This document shows positions 12,119 to 27,100 of a stretch of 64,000 nucleotides of DNA, piece after piece. The first letter of the stretch is position 1, and each line of letters opens with the position of its first letter. Source of the stretch: Balanoglossus misakiensis (Eukaryota > Animalia > Hemichordata); NCBI GenBank assembly GCA_040954595.2, contig CM082594.2:3519319-3583318 (forward strand). Reading direction: 5' to 3'. The notes below the pieces were generated by a model, which saw nothing but the letters and a program-made list of their open reading frames with translations, was not told the DNA's origin and searched no databases. Position numbers and translations under genes: made by a program.

Positions 12119-15100
12119 GTGAGTGTTAACTTATTCATCGCTTGATAGATGCATTACGATAATACTATTAATTACATGAATGGACTGGACGATGTAAGGA
12201 TTTATATGATACATTGTAAATTTATGGCTGAATTTAACTTTTGAGGAATTGGTTTGATGGATTGAAGGATGATACATTTTTAACATTTTTATGCTTTTTT
12301 GTCTATTTACATCATTCAGCTCTGTCATGCCCAGCCTTACCTAATCCAACATCTGGTTATGTGGACTGTACAAATGGATTCCTCTACAACAGCACATGTA
12401 CATTCAGCTGTGATGCGGGATCTGAAGGAAATCACACAGTATCTATAACTTGTCAATCGAACAAAGCATGGTATCCACCCGATGACTCTTCTTGCAGAGG
12501 TGAGTGTAGTGCTAACAAAGTATGTCATTTACTGTCCAATCCAAGCACAGTTATTATGAAAAAAAATAGCGTCAAGGACACTGTGTTCCATTTGAGGATT
12601 ATGCGGAAACAGTGACACACCAGAATAAAAATTACAGGTGACATTGCAAGCAGATATGATCTTACGATAAAGAAATATGGAATGTAAAAAAAATAACAAG
12701 GAACATGCCCAATAATCTGTCATGTGTCATGGCAGTCTTACAAGTGGTGCTAGAAAAAAATGACCAAAAATTGTCTGTACAAACACATATGAGAAGCACC
12801 TTCTTTCAGTCAGCCCTGGAACAGACAGACAGACAGACACTGACCTGCCACTGGTAATTAAAAATTTAATAGCCGGTGGTCTCTGTAACAGCTGGCCTAT
12901 TAAAATTGTGTAAACATGTCTAAGTTGGGGGTAACAACTCCTTGTAAACAGTAACTTTCAAAACAACTGGACAATTGGTTTAGGAAAAGATTTGCTAACC
13001 AAAAACAAAGAAATTTACAAAAATAACTCGCTAAATGCTGAATATTTATGATATTATAAATAAATAATAATATTCTATTTATAAAGCGTCAGTATCCACA
13101 AAAATGTGATCAATGACGCTAAAAGCAAATAATACACTACAACAATTGGCTAAAAGCAGATTTAAAAAGTAAAGTTTGAACATTTGATTTAAAAACAGAT
13201 AAGTTTGATGCCTGAATTTGGTGCCTGTATCAGAATCAAATAAAAGTTGCACATACACATGTATGTGTTATAAACTTTATCCTAAATTTCAAAGCAATCA
13301 TAGAAAAACAAATTTCAAAGCAATCCAACAAGCAGTTTCAGAGAAAATATTTGTTCAAAAGTGGCAAAAACACAAATATGCAAATATCCCCAAAATTGTA
13401 CAATATCTTACTTCAATCACTACAAGGAACATGCTGCCAAAGTTCAATGCAATATGACAAGCGGTTTCAGAGAAAACAATTTTTGACAAAAATTGCTAAA
13501 GTTTCCCCGATAACACATTTATGAAAATATCACATTTTTATAACATATTACTTAAGTTACCCCTACGAACATGCCTACCAAATTGCAAAGCAATCTGGCA
13601 TGCGGTTTTAAAGAAAAAAATATAGCTGCAAGCAGCAATAGCGGGCCCAAGCCAACATAGCAAATAGCAACATAGCAATAAGCATATCTGCTCTGGATGC
13701 CAAGATATGGAAAAGTAGGTCAAAGGTCACCTGAGGTCATGCAAAATTTGGGCAAGAAATTTTGACCCTATACTGGTCCATGTTCAACAAAAACCAAACC
13801 TATAGCCCTATTGGTTAGCCTGGAATTAGGTATGCACATAATTAATGAGACGTGCATGTGTCATAGGTGACCCCCAATTTTGGCTTTTCAATTTTAGTCC
13901 CAACCCTCCAAACGCCAAGTCTGTACCTGCTCTGGATGCCAAGATATGGTAAAGTAGGTCAAAGGTCACCTGAGGTCATGCAAAATTTGGGCAAGAAATT
14001 TTGACCCTATACTGGTCCATGTTCAACAAAAACCAAACCTATAGCCCTATTGGTTAGCCTGGAATTAGGTATGCACATAATTAATGAGACATGCAGGTGT
14101 CACAGGTGACCCCCAATTTTGGCTTTTCAATTTTAGTCCCAACCCTCCGAACGCCAAGTCTGTACCTGCTCTGGATGCCAAGATATGGTAAAGTAGGTCA
14201 AAGGTCACCTGAGGTCATGCAAAATTTGGGCAAGAAATTTTGACCCTATACTGGTCCATGTTCAACAAAAACCAAACCTATAGCCCTATTGGTTAGCCTG
14301 GAATTAGGTATGCACATAATTAATGAGACATGCAGGTGTCACAGGTGACCCCCAATTTTGGCTTTTCAATTTTAGTCCCAACCCTCCGAACGCCAAGTCT
14401 GTACCTGCTCTGGATGCCAAGATATGGTAAAGTAGGTCAAAGGTCACCTGAGGTCATGCAAAATTTGGGCAAGAAATTTTGACCCTATACTGGTCCATGT
14501 TCAACAAAAACCAAACCTATAGCCCTATTGGTTAGCCTGGAATTAGGTATGCACATAATTAATGAGACATGCAGGTGTCACAGGTGACCCCAATTTTGGC
14601 TTTTCAATTTTAGTCCCAACCCTCCGAACGCCAAGTCTGTACCTGCTCTGGATGCCAAGATATGGTAAAGTAGGTCAAAGGTCACCTGAGGTCATGCAAA
14701 ATTTGGGCAAGAAATTTTGACCCTATACTGGTCCATGTTCAACAAAAACCAAACCTATAGCCCTATTGGTTAGCCTGGAATTAGGTATGCACATAATTAA
14801 TGAGACATGCAGGTGTCACAGGTGACCCCCAATTTTGGCTTTTCAATTTTAGTCCCAACCCTCCGAACGCCAAGTCTGTACCTGCTCCGGATGCCAAGAT
14901 ATGGTAAAGTAGGTCAAAGGTCACCTGAGGTCATGCAAAATTTGGGCAAGAAATTTTGACCCTATACTGGTCCATGTCCTACAAGAATGAAACCTCTAGC
15001 CCTATTAGTTAGCCCGGAATTAGGTATGCACATAATTAATATGCTAAGCAGGTGTTACAGGTGAGCCCAAAAATTTGCCTTTTATTTTGGCCCCATTGTG

Positions 15101-18100
15101 CTCACTGACCAATAGACAGTCACTGTACAGAACTATTGCACAGACCAGAATTCCACAATAAGACGTGGACATAGCTTAACCATAGAGGTATAAGTAAAGG
15201 TATAAATTTAATAAAAAGACTAAAAAATTCATAAAAAAAAAAAAAAACATCCATGATATTAACTTAACACTTACAGGTCGATGTGAGGTTGACATAAGGT
15301 ACATGCATACCAATTTTTAAAGCAATCTGACCAGTAGTTGTTGACTTTCAGAGTTTTGATAAATTTCATATTTTATAGGCTAATTTGCATATTTTTGGGC
15401 CTGGCAACTTCGTTTGAACAAACTCCCATCTACAGCCCTGCCTGCATCTGCACACCAAATATCAAGGTGATACGTGCAGCGGTTTTCAAGTTTTTGATGT
15501 TGACGGACATACAGACATACATACATCCATCCATCCATACATACATACATACATACATACATACATACATACATACATACATACATACATACAGACGCAA
15601 CCGATCCCATAAGGTCCTAACCAATGGGACCTAAACATGATCTTAAAGGGAAGTTACCTTACAATTGACTCAATGTAGTGATATCATATGTATAGTATTT
15701 GAATGCCAGTTTCCCTTGATTGCTTTCAATTTTCATGTCGGGTTTTGTGTATATTTATTTACATGGTCTATCGTTGTTACATGTCATTTGAATCACCAAA
15801 CTTAGTTCAATCGTCCTAAAATTATGCACATACTGCCAATGCTTCTCATAAAAAAGTGATCATAACAACATAATTTATAGCAGATTAATAACACACTTAG
15901 ATATAGGGATACTGAGTTAATCTGGCTGTGCAAGAATATTCCATTGTAGGATTGCCTCTTACTTGCTAACCTCGATTGTCTGGGATAAAGGAGAATCGCA
16001 TTGATGTATACATTTGTTGTATTACTTTAACAGATCCATGTGATAGTGATCAATGTCTAAATGGTGGCACCTGCAGAAACGAGTACTACCTCGCTTACTA
16101 CTGCATCTGTCCCCCAGGCTGGACTGGAACACGCTGTGAACATGGTAAGCTACGTGGCACATTTTGGGTTTTCTAGCTCCACCCCCAAGTACTGTATACA
16201 GAGCATGCCCAAGTCTGAATGACAGGACACCAAACAAACCCACGGAAAGAGTACAAAAGAAAGAGTTCGCAGTCGACAAACAAATATTGCCATTGTAATG
16301 TTAACATATCTTAATGCATACCTGAAGACCTGTAGGCACAATTTCTAAGTTATCATACAAATAGGTGTGACAACAGAATACAGTATCAGCATCACTATAA
16401 CATTTTTTTTCATAATTGTCTCAAGGAACCTGCCTTGGCGTTCAGATTTTTTGACTAACCAATCTCAAAAGGAAAGCATGTTTTCTCTATAAAAATTATA
16501 ATTACAACTAAGAATGAACAAGTTAAATTGTACATGAAGACAAACTAGTAATTTACCTTGATTGCACAATATCTCTATGGAAAGGCTAACCAAAGTCAAT
16601 ATTTTATCTGTACACTTAAGCACTGATTTTGATTTCCTATGTATTAAGGATACCGCTTTCGCGCTGACATTCTAAATGTGCAATGAGCCATGATTTATGA
16701 TAATAAACGGCATATTGTGTACATATTGGGATGGGAATCTGAAATTTAGATTTTAATTCTGGTTCTAGAACATAAATGTAACAATGGCGACACAGAGAAC
16801 CTGACTGCTGTTCCTGTTATTAAATTTGCATATGTAATATATGCGAAAGAGATTGAAAAAATACACTCAAATCAAGTTATTAACTTTCTCGAATATATCC
16901 ATTGTGTTGATGCCTTAATATATTTTTTTCTCTAACCAACTACATTACCACCAACTACAATAAAAACAACAGAAGAGACAACTATTGCACCACATACTAT
17001 AGTGCCAATACCACGACGGCCAACTACCGTACGTACACCAATTATATTAGAAACAACAGAAGAACCAACTACATTACCACCAACTACAATAAAAACAACA
17101 GAACGGCCAACAACATTACCACCACCTACAATAAAAACAACAGAAGAGACAACTATATCACCACATACTATAGTGCCAATACCACGACGGCCAACTACCG
17201 TACGTACACCAATTATATTAGAAACAACAGAAGAACCAACTCCATTACCACCAACTACAATAAAAACAAGAGAAGAACCAACTACTTTACCACCTACTGC
17301 AGCGAAAACAAGAGATAAGCCTACTACATTAATACCAACTATAACAGAAACAGGTATCGATATATTATTAAACACATAAGTTTTGGCCAAAAAGTTGTAA
17401 ACGTAATAACCCAATTCACAATAAAACGAAAACATTAAAGTTGGTCAGGTGAAGGAAAATGGCGTCTTTTAGGGTGGAGCCTGGCCGTAGCTTATGTCGC
17501 AAACTAAGATTCTTCAAACATTTCTTTGTAACAACCTTTCTGAAAACCTTAAAGTTAGTCTGAACATTCCTTCTGAAAATGGTGTGGTAGGTCGGGTTCA
17601 AATCAAATAAAAACAATATGATTTGTAAACCGTATTAACTCAACAACTGTTCTGACAACAGCAGTTACTACGACACCACAGCCTCCAACAAATTCACTGA
17701 CAACAGAAGGGGATAAAACACAAGCTCTTCCAACAACTTTGCTGACAACAGAAGGGACAACAACACAAGCTCTTCCAACAACTGTGCCTACAACTGAAGG
17801 GGCGACAACACAACCTATTCCAACAACTGTCCTGACAACAGAAGGTGATACGACACAACAGCCTCCAACAACTTTACTTACAATTGAAGGCAAAATGATC
17901 TGTGCTATATTTCTACTATAACAGCACATTTAGCAGGCTTTGATGAATGTGGTCTATTTATACAATTTAGTCTTGAAATGTCCTGCCTTACTTTCTCCAA
18001 CATATGAAAATCTGGAATGTACAAATTGATTCCTCAAATGCAAAGCCCTAATTACTTCTTGTAACTCACTTTTACGTTTCTTCTTCGAATTATTATTCTG

Positions 18101-21100
18101 CAAACACAGAACCACCCGTGTTTCTAGACTGTCCCGATAACATCACCATATATATCGACCCTGGACAAACTGAGGCCAACGTTACATGGACGGAACCAAC
18201 TGTAACTGATACCAGCGGACAAACACCTTTGGTTAACCAGACACACTCACCTGGGGCAATATTTTATATTGGAATTACCTGCGTGAGATATTATTTCATA
18301 GATAGAGCAGGCAACCTGGTTGAATGCAGATTTTACGTTATTATCATCGGTAGGATTTATAACAATCTACTCCCATGCCGATAATTTGCTACTGACATTG
18401 TTTACATTGGGTATTTATATTTTGGTTTGATTGATTGATTCATAATATTTCACCTGTGTGATTTAACTAAATTTCAAAACTATTATGTTTATCCAATTAG
18501 TCAAGATTGAAATAACAACAGCTTCTTCAATAACTGAAGGCGTAACAACTGTTGTAACAACACCAGCTGACACAACCGTTGGAGCTACCACTGTACCGGC
18601 AAGGACGGAAATAACGACGGCTGCCCTAACATCCGAAGGCGTAACAACTGTTAAAACTACATCAGCTGACACAACTTCTGAAGTTGCAACTACAACTCAA
18701 TCGGCAACAACTACACAAGATATACCAACTACAGCGGTCGTAGGAACAACAACTAAAGGTAAATATGACTGTTTGTTTTTGGAAGGTTCTTTTATATTAC
18801 AGATGCCATGAATAAGATTCTCATTAAAGTGGTAGTGACAGGAATCGATATGTTGTTTCAACGTTTCGAACTTGTCCAGACACCCATCCACGGAATGAAA
18901 CAGAAAAGTTTACACGCACAGGAAGGGAAAACTGATGAATGATGGCATTCATTTGCTTTAACATATTTTTTTTCCAGTTTTGACATGTCCAGACCTATCT
19001 GACCCAATAGACGGAAATGTTACCTGTACCGATGGTTTCTATTACAACAGCACATGTACATTCAGCTGTGATGAGGGATTTGTAGGAAATGGTACAATAT
19101 CTAGAACTTGTCAATCAAACCAAGAATGGGGTGCATCCGATAGTTTTGCTTGTATAGGTGAGTGTAGTGCTAGCAAAGAATGCCATTTACTATCCAATCA
19201 AAGCACAGCCATTATGAAAAAAGTTTATCTTAATGAAAAATTACCTTTCAATGTTGTGATATCATATGTATAGTATTTTACATATTTGATGAAAACGTAT
19301 ACCTTATCTATCTTTGGAAGTTATGAAACATTCTAACAATCGATATTTTGGCATTTTGATAATACTTGTGCCCAGCTCACGAACGATACCATCATTTGCT
19401 TTTAGTCAATAACAGACATTGTCAACAGAGAAAGAGAGGTATTTATTATCATGCCCGTACAGGATGCAGAATGATTTGTGTCATAAGGTGAATGAGTATA
19501 TTTTAGTGATCATAACAACCTAATTTACAGCAGATTATTATCATTGTTAGATACAGGGTTACTGAGTAAATCTGGCCGAGGAAAATGAATATTCCACTGT
19601 CGCATTGCATTTTACATGCCAATATCGATTATTAGGGATAAAGGAGAATCGCATTGATGTATACATGTTTGTTACTTTAACAGATCCATGTGAACCTAAT
19701 CGATGTCTAAATGGTGGCACCTGCGAATACATATTCGATGATATAAATCGCGTCATTGATTACTATTGCATCTGTCCCAGCGGCTGCACTGGAAAACATT
19801 GTGAATGTGGTAAGCTACGTGGCACAGGTTGAGTTTTCTAGCACACCCCCCCCCCCACCCAACAGTATACAAAGCAATAACATGTCGACGTCTGAATGAC
19901 AGGACACCCACCAAATCAATAGAAGGAATATCAACATGTTTTCTTATTCGTCGTTGTTTCACAGACTCACGATTGGATTGGGGGAGATAGAAATTGATTT
20001 ATACATTGTTTACTGTTACTTTTGAATAATAGGTTTGACAGATTGATTGATTGATTGATTGATTGATTGACGGGACATTATTAACACTTCTAAATTTATT
20101 TTACTTGCCTATACCATACAGGTCTGCCGTGTCCTCCACCCCTTGTCCCAATATTTGGAAATGTGAACTGTACAAACGGATTCCTTTACAATAGCACATG
20201 TACATTCAGCTGTGATGAAGGATTTGAAGGAAGTGGTACTTTATCTAGAACTTGTCAATCAAACCAAGAATGGGATGCATCCGATAACTTTACATGTTCA
20301 GGTGAGCCATTATTATCAAACGGAAATATATGTTAACTTATAATTCGCTTGATAGATGCATTATGAAAATAAAAGCTTATTTCATTAAGAGGTTGGAGGA
20401 GATAGGAATTTATTGATACATGGAAAATGTATAGGTTTATTAACTTTACCTGGAATCGGTCATTCAATTCACTGGAGACACATAGACAGACAAAATATCA
20501 ATTTAAGGACTAGGCAATTTTCTCGGCCTGAGGTCGTTGGATTTGTGGGGAACACCCGGTAATGCACGATATGGTTAGGATCAATGGGTTCTTGGCTGTG
20601 AGCGAGTACAGATGTTATAACTAACTAGACCACAATTACTACAAGCAAACATCTTTGCACAGTTTAGTACACAAAATAATGGCCAAAACGCACAAGCGGC
20701 TGTCGACAGTGCATGCAATCATAAACCAATGTTAAAACAGAAGCTCCCTCAAAATTGAATTCAACAGTTCACATCCCTACAAGTGTACTTGGACATTGCA
20801 CATTCATTAATGGCATTAAAGAGATGCATCGACAGGGTAATACGCAAAAAAGTACACAAACACTATATCATGGGTGGTACATGGGTGATATATACTGCAT
20901 GGGACAACGATGGAAACGAGGCTGAATGTAAATTTGTCGTTAAAGTCCAAGGTAATTTTGCCCCTGTGAATGAACTTACAATGTCTCTTAAGTGTCTGAA
21001 GTTGCAAATCTGTAACCACTGTGGGTTTTACACACATGTCTCATTGAGAGTGGATTTGTAACATATTGTAACATATGGAGGGAAAGGCAAAAAAGCCAAT

Positions 21101-24100
21101 TGAATTTCACTTGTATGAATTTTTCATTATGCCATGCTCATTTTGCAGATATCGAACCACCCGAGTTTACAAATTGTCCTGAAAATATTACTACAACAAC
21201 TGATCCTGGACTAAGTGTCGCCAATGTCTCCTGGACCGAACCTAGTGTACCTGATTATTCAGGACAAATGCCAACAGTTTAAATAGATGTTAGCAGGGCA
21301 CCTAATATTTTTTTGAAAATAATCATTTTGCAGATATCGAACTACCCGATTTTACAAATTGTCCTGACAATATTACTACCACAACGGATCCCGGACTAAG
21401 TGTCGCCAATGTCTCCTGGACGGAACCTAGTGTATCTGACAACTCAGGACAAATGCCAACAGTTACACAAACACATTCCCCTGGAAGTCATTTTACCATT
21501 GGCAGTACATGGGTGACATATACTGCAGAGGACATGGCTGGAAATCAAGCTGAATGCAGATTTGTCGTTAACGTCCAAGGTAATTTTGACTGTATGAATA
21601 AATTTCATTGTGCATAAAGCATCTCAAGTTGCGTATATGTATCCAGTCTGGTCTGTACACACATTTACCACAATTGTGCTGCTCGTAGAGGGGAAAAGCA
21701 CTACGAATTTCCTTTGTATTAACTTTCACTGTGCACTTATTTTGTTACAGACATGGAACCGCCCGTGCTTACGTTTTGTCCCGGTAACATTACTGCAACA
21801 ACTGATCCTGGACTGAGTACAGCCACTGTCTTCTGGACAGAACCAAATGTAACTGATAACAGCGGACAAACGCGTATGGTTAACCAGACACACTTATCTG
21901 GGGAACAGTTTTCCATTGAAATTACCTGCGTGATATATATTTTCATAGATGATGCAGGCAACCTGGTTGTATGCCATTTTTACATTATTACCATAGGTAG
22001 GATTTATTACAAGCTACTCTTCTTAATTCGGCCACCTGTGTAACCTCCCATGCTGATAATTTCATCCCGACATTGTCTACATTGCACATGTATATCACGC
22101 TTTTATTAAATCATGCTTTTTTACCTGTGTTGTTTGAATAAAGTCCAAAACTGCTATAATTTAGCCAAGATTGGTGTAAGAGTGCCATCAATTTCAACTT
22201 GTTGAGTTTGGAATCATAGTTTAGTGAACTCTTTCGGTGACCACTTCAGTTTTACTTTTGGAAATTACATTTATTTGAATGAATATACAAATCTTTACGA
22301 TTTTTAATGTGAGAAAACAATAGTGACATGGAAGAAGAGGACAAGAAAGCCAACTGAATATCACGTGCATAAATTTTCACTGTGTAATAATTAAGTTGCT
22401 GTCACACCCGAGTTTACGTTCTGTTACCCAACGTTACTACAATCACGATAAATTTAGCCTGTATAAATGTTTCATTATGCCATTTTTATGTTGCAGATAT
22501 TGAACCACCTGAATTTACTTTCTGTCCCGACAACATTACAACAACAACTGATCCTGGACTAAGTGTCGCCAATGTCTCCTGGACAGAACCTGTTGTATCT
22601 GACAATTCAGGGCAAACACCAACAGTTACACAAACACATTCCTCTGGAAGTCATTTTACCACGGAAAGTACATGGGTGACATATACTGCAGAGGACATGG
22701 CTGGAAATCAAGCTGAATGCAGATTTGTCGTAAACGTCCAAGGTGAGTTTGACCGTGAGAAAGAACTTAAAATCTGTTTGAAGTATCTGAAATTCCATAG
22801 CTGTAACTCATTTTATGAATGTTTTATAATGGAGTGTGCATCGGTGACTTATAATGAGAATGAGGAAGAGGTCGACAAAATCGAACTATATTTTCTTCAT
22901 TTAATTTTAACTGTGGAATAATTGTATTTCAGACACGGAACCACCTGAGTTTACCTTCTGTCCCGACAACATAACTACAACAACTGATCCTGGACTCAGT
23001 GTCGCCAATGTCTCCTGGACGGAACCTGTTGTATCTGACAATTCAGGACAAATGTCTTACATTTCCCAAACACACTTGCCTGGTTCTCATTTTGCCATTG
23101 GTAGTACATGGGTGACATATACTGCAGAGGACATTGCTGGAAATCAAGCTGAATGCAGATTTGTCGTAAACGTCCAAGGTGAGTTTGACCGTGAGAAAGA
23201 ACTTAAAATCTGTTTGAAGTATCTGAAATTCCATAGCTGTAACTCATTTTATGAATGTTTTACAATGGAGTGTGCATCACTGACTTATATTGAGAATGAG
23301 GAAGAGGTCAACAAAATCAAATGATTTTTTCTTCATTTAATTTTCCCTGTGGAATAATTATATTTCAGACATGGAACCACCCGAATTTACCATCTGTCCC
23401 GACAACATTACTTCAACAACTGAACCTGGACTAAGTGTCGCCAATATCTCTTGGACGGAACCTGTTGTATCTGACAATTCAGGACAAATGTCTTACATTT
23501 CCCAAACACACTGGCCTGGTTCTCATTTTGCCATTGGTAGTACATGGGTGACATATACAGCATGGGACAATGATGGAAATGAGGCTGAATGTAGATTTGC
23601 CGTTAACGTTCAAGGTAATTTTGCCACTGTAAATGAACTTATAATGACACATAAGTATCTAAACTTGCATATATGTAACCACTGTGGGTTTTACAGATAT
23701 TACTGATTGATAGTGGATTTGTTACATATAGTGACGTACTACGGAGGAAGGGAAAAAACCAAATGAACTTCCCTTGCATTAATTTGCACTGTGTAATGAT
23801 TATGTTGTAGACATGGAACCACCAGAGTTTACCTTTTGTCCCGACAACATTACTATAACAACTGATCCCGGACTAAGTGTCGCCAATGTCTCCTGGACGG
23901 AACCTGTTGTATCCGACAATTCAGGACAAATGCCAACAGTTACACAAACACATTCACCTGGAAGTCATTTTACTATGGGTAGTACATCGGTAACATATAC
24001 TGCAGAGGACATGGCTGGAAATCAAGCTGAATGTGGATTTGTAATTAACGTCGAAGGTGAGTTTGACCGTGAGCAAGACCTTACAATGTGTCTGAAGTTT

Positions 24101-27100
24101 CTGAAGTTTCATATCTGTAACAACTCTGGTTTTTGCAGACATTTACCATTGAGTGTGGATTGGTGACATATAGTTACATATTCAGGAAGAAGACAACATA
24201 GCTCAAAGTATATTCCTTGTATTAATTTTCCCTGTGTAATTATTATGTTGCAGACATGGAACCACCCGAGTTTACTTTCTGTCCCGACAACATTACTACA
24301 ACAACTGATCCTGGACTAAGTGTCGCCAATATCTCCTGGATGGAACCTGTTGTATCTGACAATTCAGGACAAATGCCAACAGTTACACAAACATTTTCTT
24401 CTGGAAGTCATTTTACCATGGGTAGTACATGGGTAACATATACTGCAGAGGACATGGCTGGAAATCAAGCTGAATGCGGATTTGTCGTTAGCGTCGAAGG
24501 TGAGTTTGACCGTGAGGAAGAACTTAAAATCTGTTTGAAGTATATGAAATTCCATAGCTGTAACTCATTTTACGAATGTTTTACCAAATTAATTTTCATT
24601 GCATTAATTTGCACTGTGTAATGATTATGTTGTAGACATGGAACCACCAGAGTTTACCTTCTGTCCCGACAACATTACTATAACAACTAATCCCGGACTA
24701 AGTGTCGCAAATGTCTCTTGGACGGAACCTGTTGTATCCGACAATTCAGGACAAATGCCAACAGTTACACAAACACATTCACCTGGAAGTCATTTTACTA
24801 TGGGTAGTACATGGGTGACATATACTGCAGAGGACATGGCTGGAAATCAAGCTGAATGTGGATTTGTAGTTAACGTTGAAGGTGAGTTTGACCGTGAGAA
24901 AGACCTTACAATGTGTCTGAAGTATCTGAAGTTTCATATCTATAACAACTCTGGTTTTTGCACACATTTACCATTGAGTGTGGATTGGTGACATATAGTT
25001 ACATATTCAGGAAGAAAACAACATAGCTCAAAGTATATTCCTTGTATTAATTTTCCCTGTGTAATTATTGTGTTGCAGACATGGAACCACCCGAGTTTAC
25101 TTTCTGTCCCGACAACATTACTACAACAACTGATCCTGGACTGAGTGTCGCCAATATCTCCTGGACGGAACCTGTTGTATCTGACAATTCAGGACAAATG
25201 CCTTACATTTCCCAAACACACTGGCCTGGTTCTCATTTTGCCATTGGTAGTACATGGGTGACATATACTGCATGGGACAACTATGAAAACGAGGCTGAAT
25301 GTAGATTTCTCATTAATGTTCAAGGTAATTTTGACACTATGAATAAACTTATAATGTCACTTATGTATCTAAAGTTGCATATATTTAACCACTGTGGGAT
25401 TTACAGATATTCCTCATTCATAGTTGATTTGTTACATGTAGTGACGTATTGAGAAAGAGCAAAAAATCCAAATGAATTTCCTTGTATTAATTTGCACTGT
25501 GTAATTATTGTGTTGTAGACATGGAACCACCCGAGTTTACCTTCTGTCCCGACAACATTACTACAACAACTGATCTTGGACTCAGTGTCGCAAATGTCTC
25601 CTGGACAGAACCTGGTGTATCTGACAATTCAGGACAAATGCCAACAGTTACACAAACACATTCACCTGGAAGTCATTTTACCATGGGTAGTACATGGGTG
25701 ACATATACTGCAGAGGACATTGCTGGAAATCAAGCTGAATGCAGATTTGTCGTTAACGTCCAAGGTGAGTTTGACCGTGAGAATGAACTTAAAATCTATT
25801 TGAAGTATCTGAAATTCCATCGCTGTAACTCATTTTATGAATGTTTTATAATGTAGTGTGCATCGGTGACTTATATTGAAAATGAGAAAGAGGTGAACAA
25901 AATCAAACTATTTTTTCTTCACTTAATTTCAACTGTGGAATAATTATATTTCAGACATAGAACCACCTGAGTTTACCTTCTGTCCCGACAACATAACTAC
26001 AACAACTGATCCTGGACTCAGTGTCTCCAATGTCTCCTGGACGGAACTTGGTGTATCTGATAATTCAGGACAAATGCCTTACATTTCCCAAACACACTTG
26101 CCTGGTTCTCATTTTGCCATTGGTAGTACATGGGTGACATATACTGCATGGGACAACTATGAAAACGAGGCTGAATGTAGATTTCTCATTAATGTTCAAG
26201 GTAATTTTGACACTATGAATAAACTTATAATGTCACTTATGTATCTAAAGTTGCATATATTTAACCACTGTGGGATTTACAGATATTCCTCATCATAGTT
26301 GATTTGTTACATGTAGTGACGTATTGAGAAAGAGCAAAAAATCCAAATGAATTTCCTTGTATTAATTTGCACTGTGTAATTATTGTGTTGCAGACAAGGA
26401 ACCACCCGAGTTTACCTTCTGTCCCGACAACATTACTACAACAACTGATCTTGGACTCAGTGTCACAAATGTCTCCTGGACAGAACTTGGTGTATCTGAC
26501 AATTCAGGACAAATGCCAACAGTTACACAAACACATTCACCTGGAAGTCATTTTACTATGGGTAGTACATGGGTGACATATACTGCAGAGGACATTGCTG
26601 GAAATCAAGCTGAATGCAAATTTGTCGTTAACGTCCAAGGTGAGTTTGACCGTGAGATAGACCTTCCAATGTGTCTGAAGTAACTGAAGTTGCATATCTG
26701 TAACAACTTTGGTTTTTACACACATTTACCATTGAGTGTGTATTGGTGACATATAGTAACAAATCCAAGAAGAAGACACCATGGCTCAAAGTATATGCCT
26801 TGTATTAATTTGCACTGTGTAATTATTGTGTTGTAGACATGGAACCACCCGAGTTTACCTTCTGTCCCGACAACATTACTACAACAACTGATCTTAGACT
26901 CAGTGTCGCAAATGTCTCCTGGACAGAACCTGGTGTATCTGACAATTCAGGACAAATGCCAACAGTGACACAAACACATTCACCTGGAAGTCATTTTACC
27001 ATGGGTAGTACATGGGTGACATATACTGCAGAGGACATTGCTGGAAATCAAGCTGAATGCAGATTTGTCGTTAACGTCCAAGGTGAGTTTGACCGTGAGA

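Noticed and set aside
13688-15090. CRISPR-like regular repeat array
   Set aside because: Units are 239-bp head-to-tail copies with no unique spacers, in eukaryotic intron context with no cas genes.
15380-15624. ORFs with (MYVC)n or (IHTY)n repeats
   Set aside because: Translations of the (CATA)n microsatellite.
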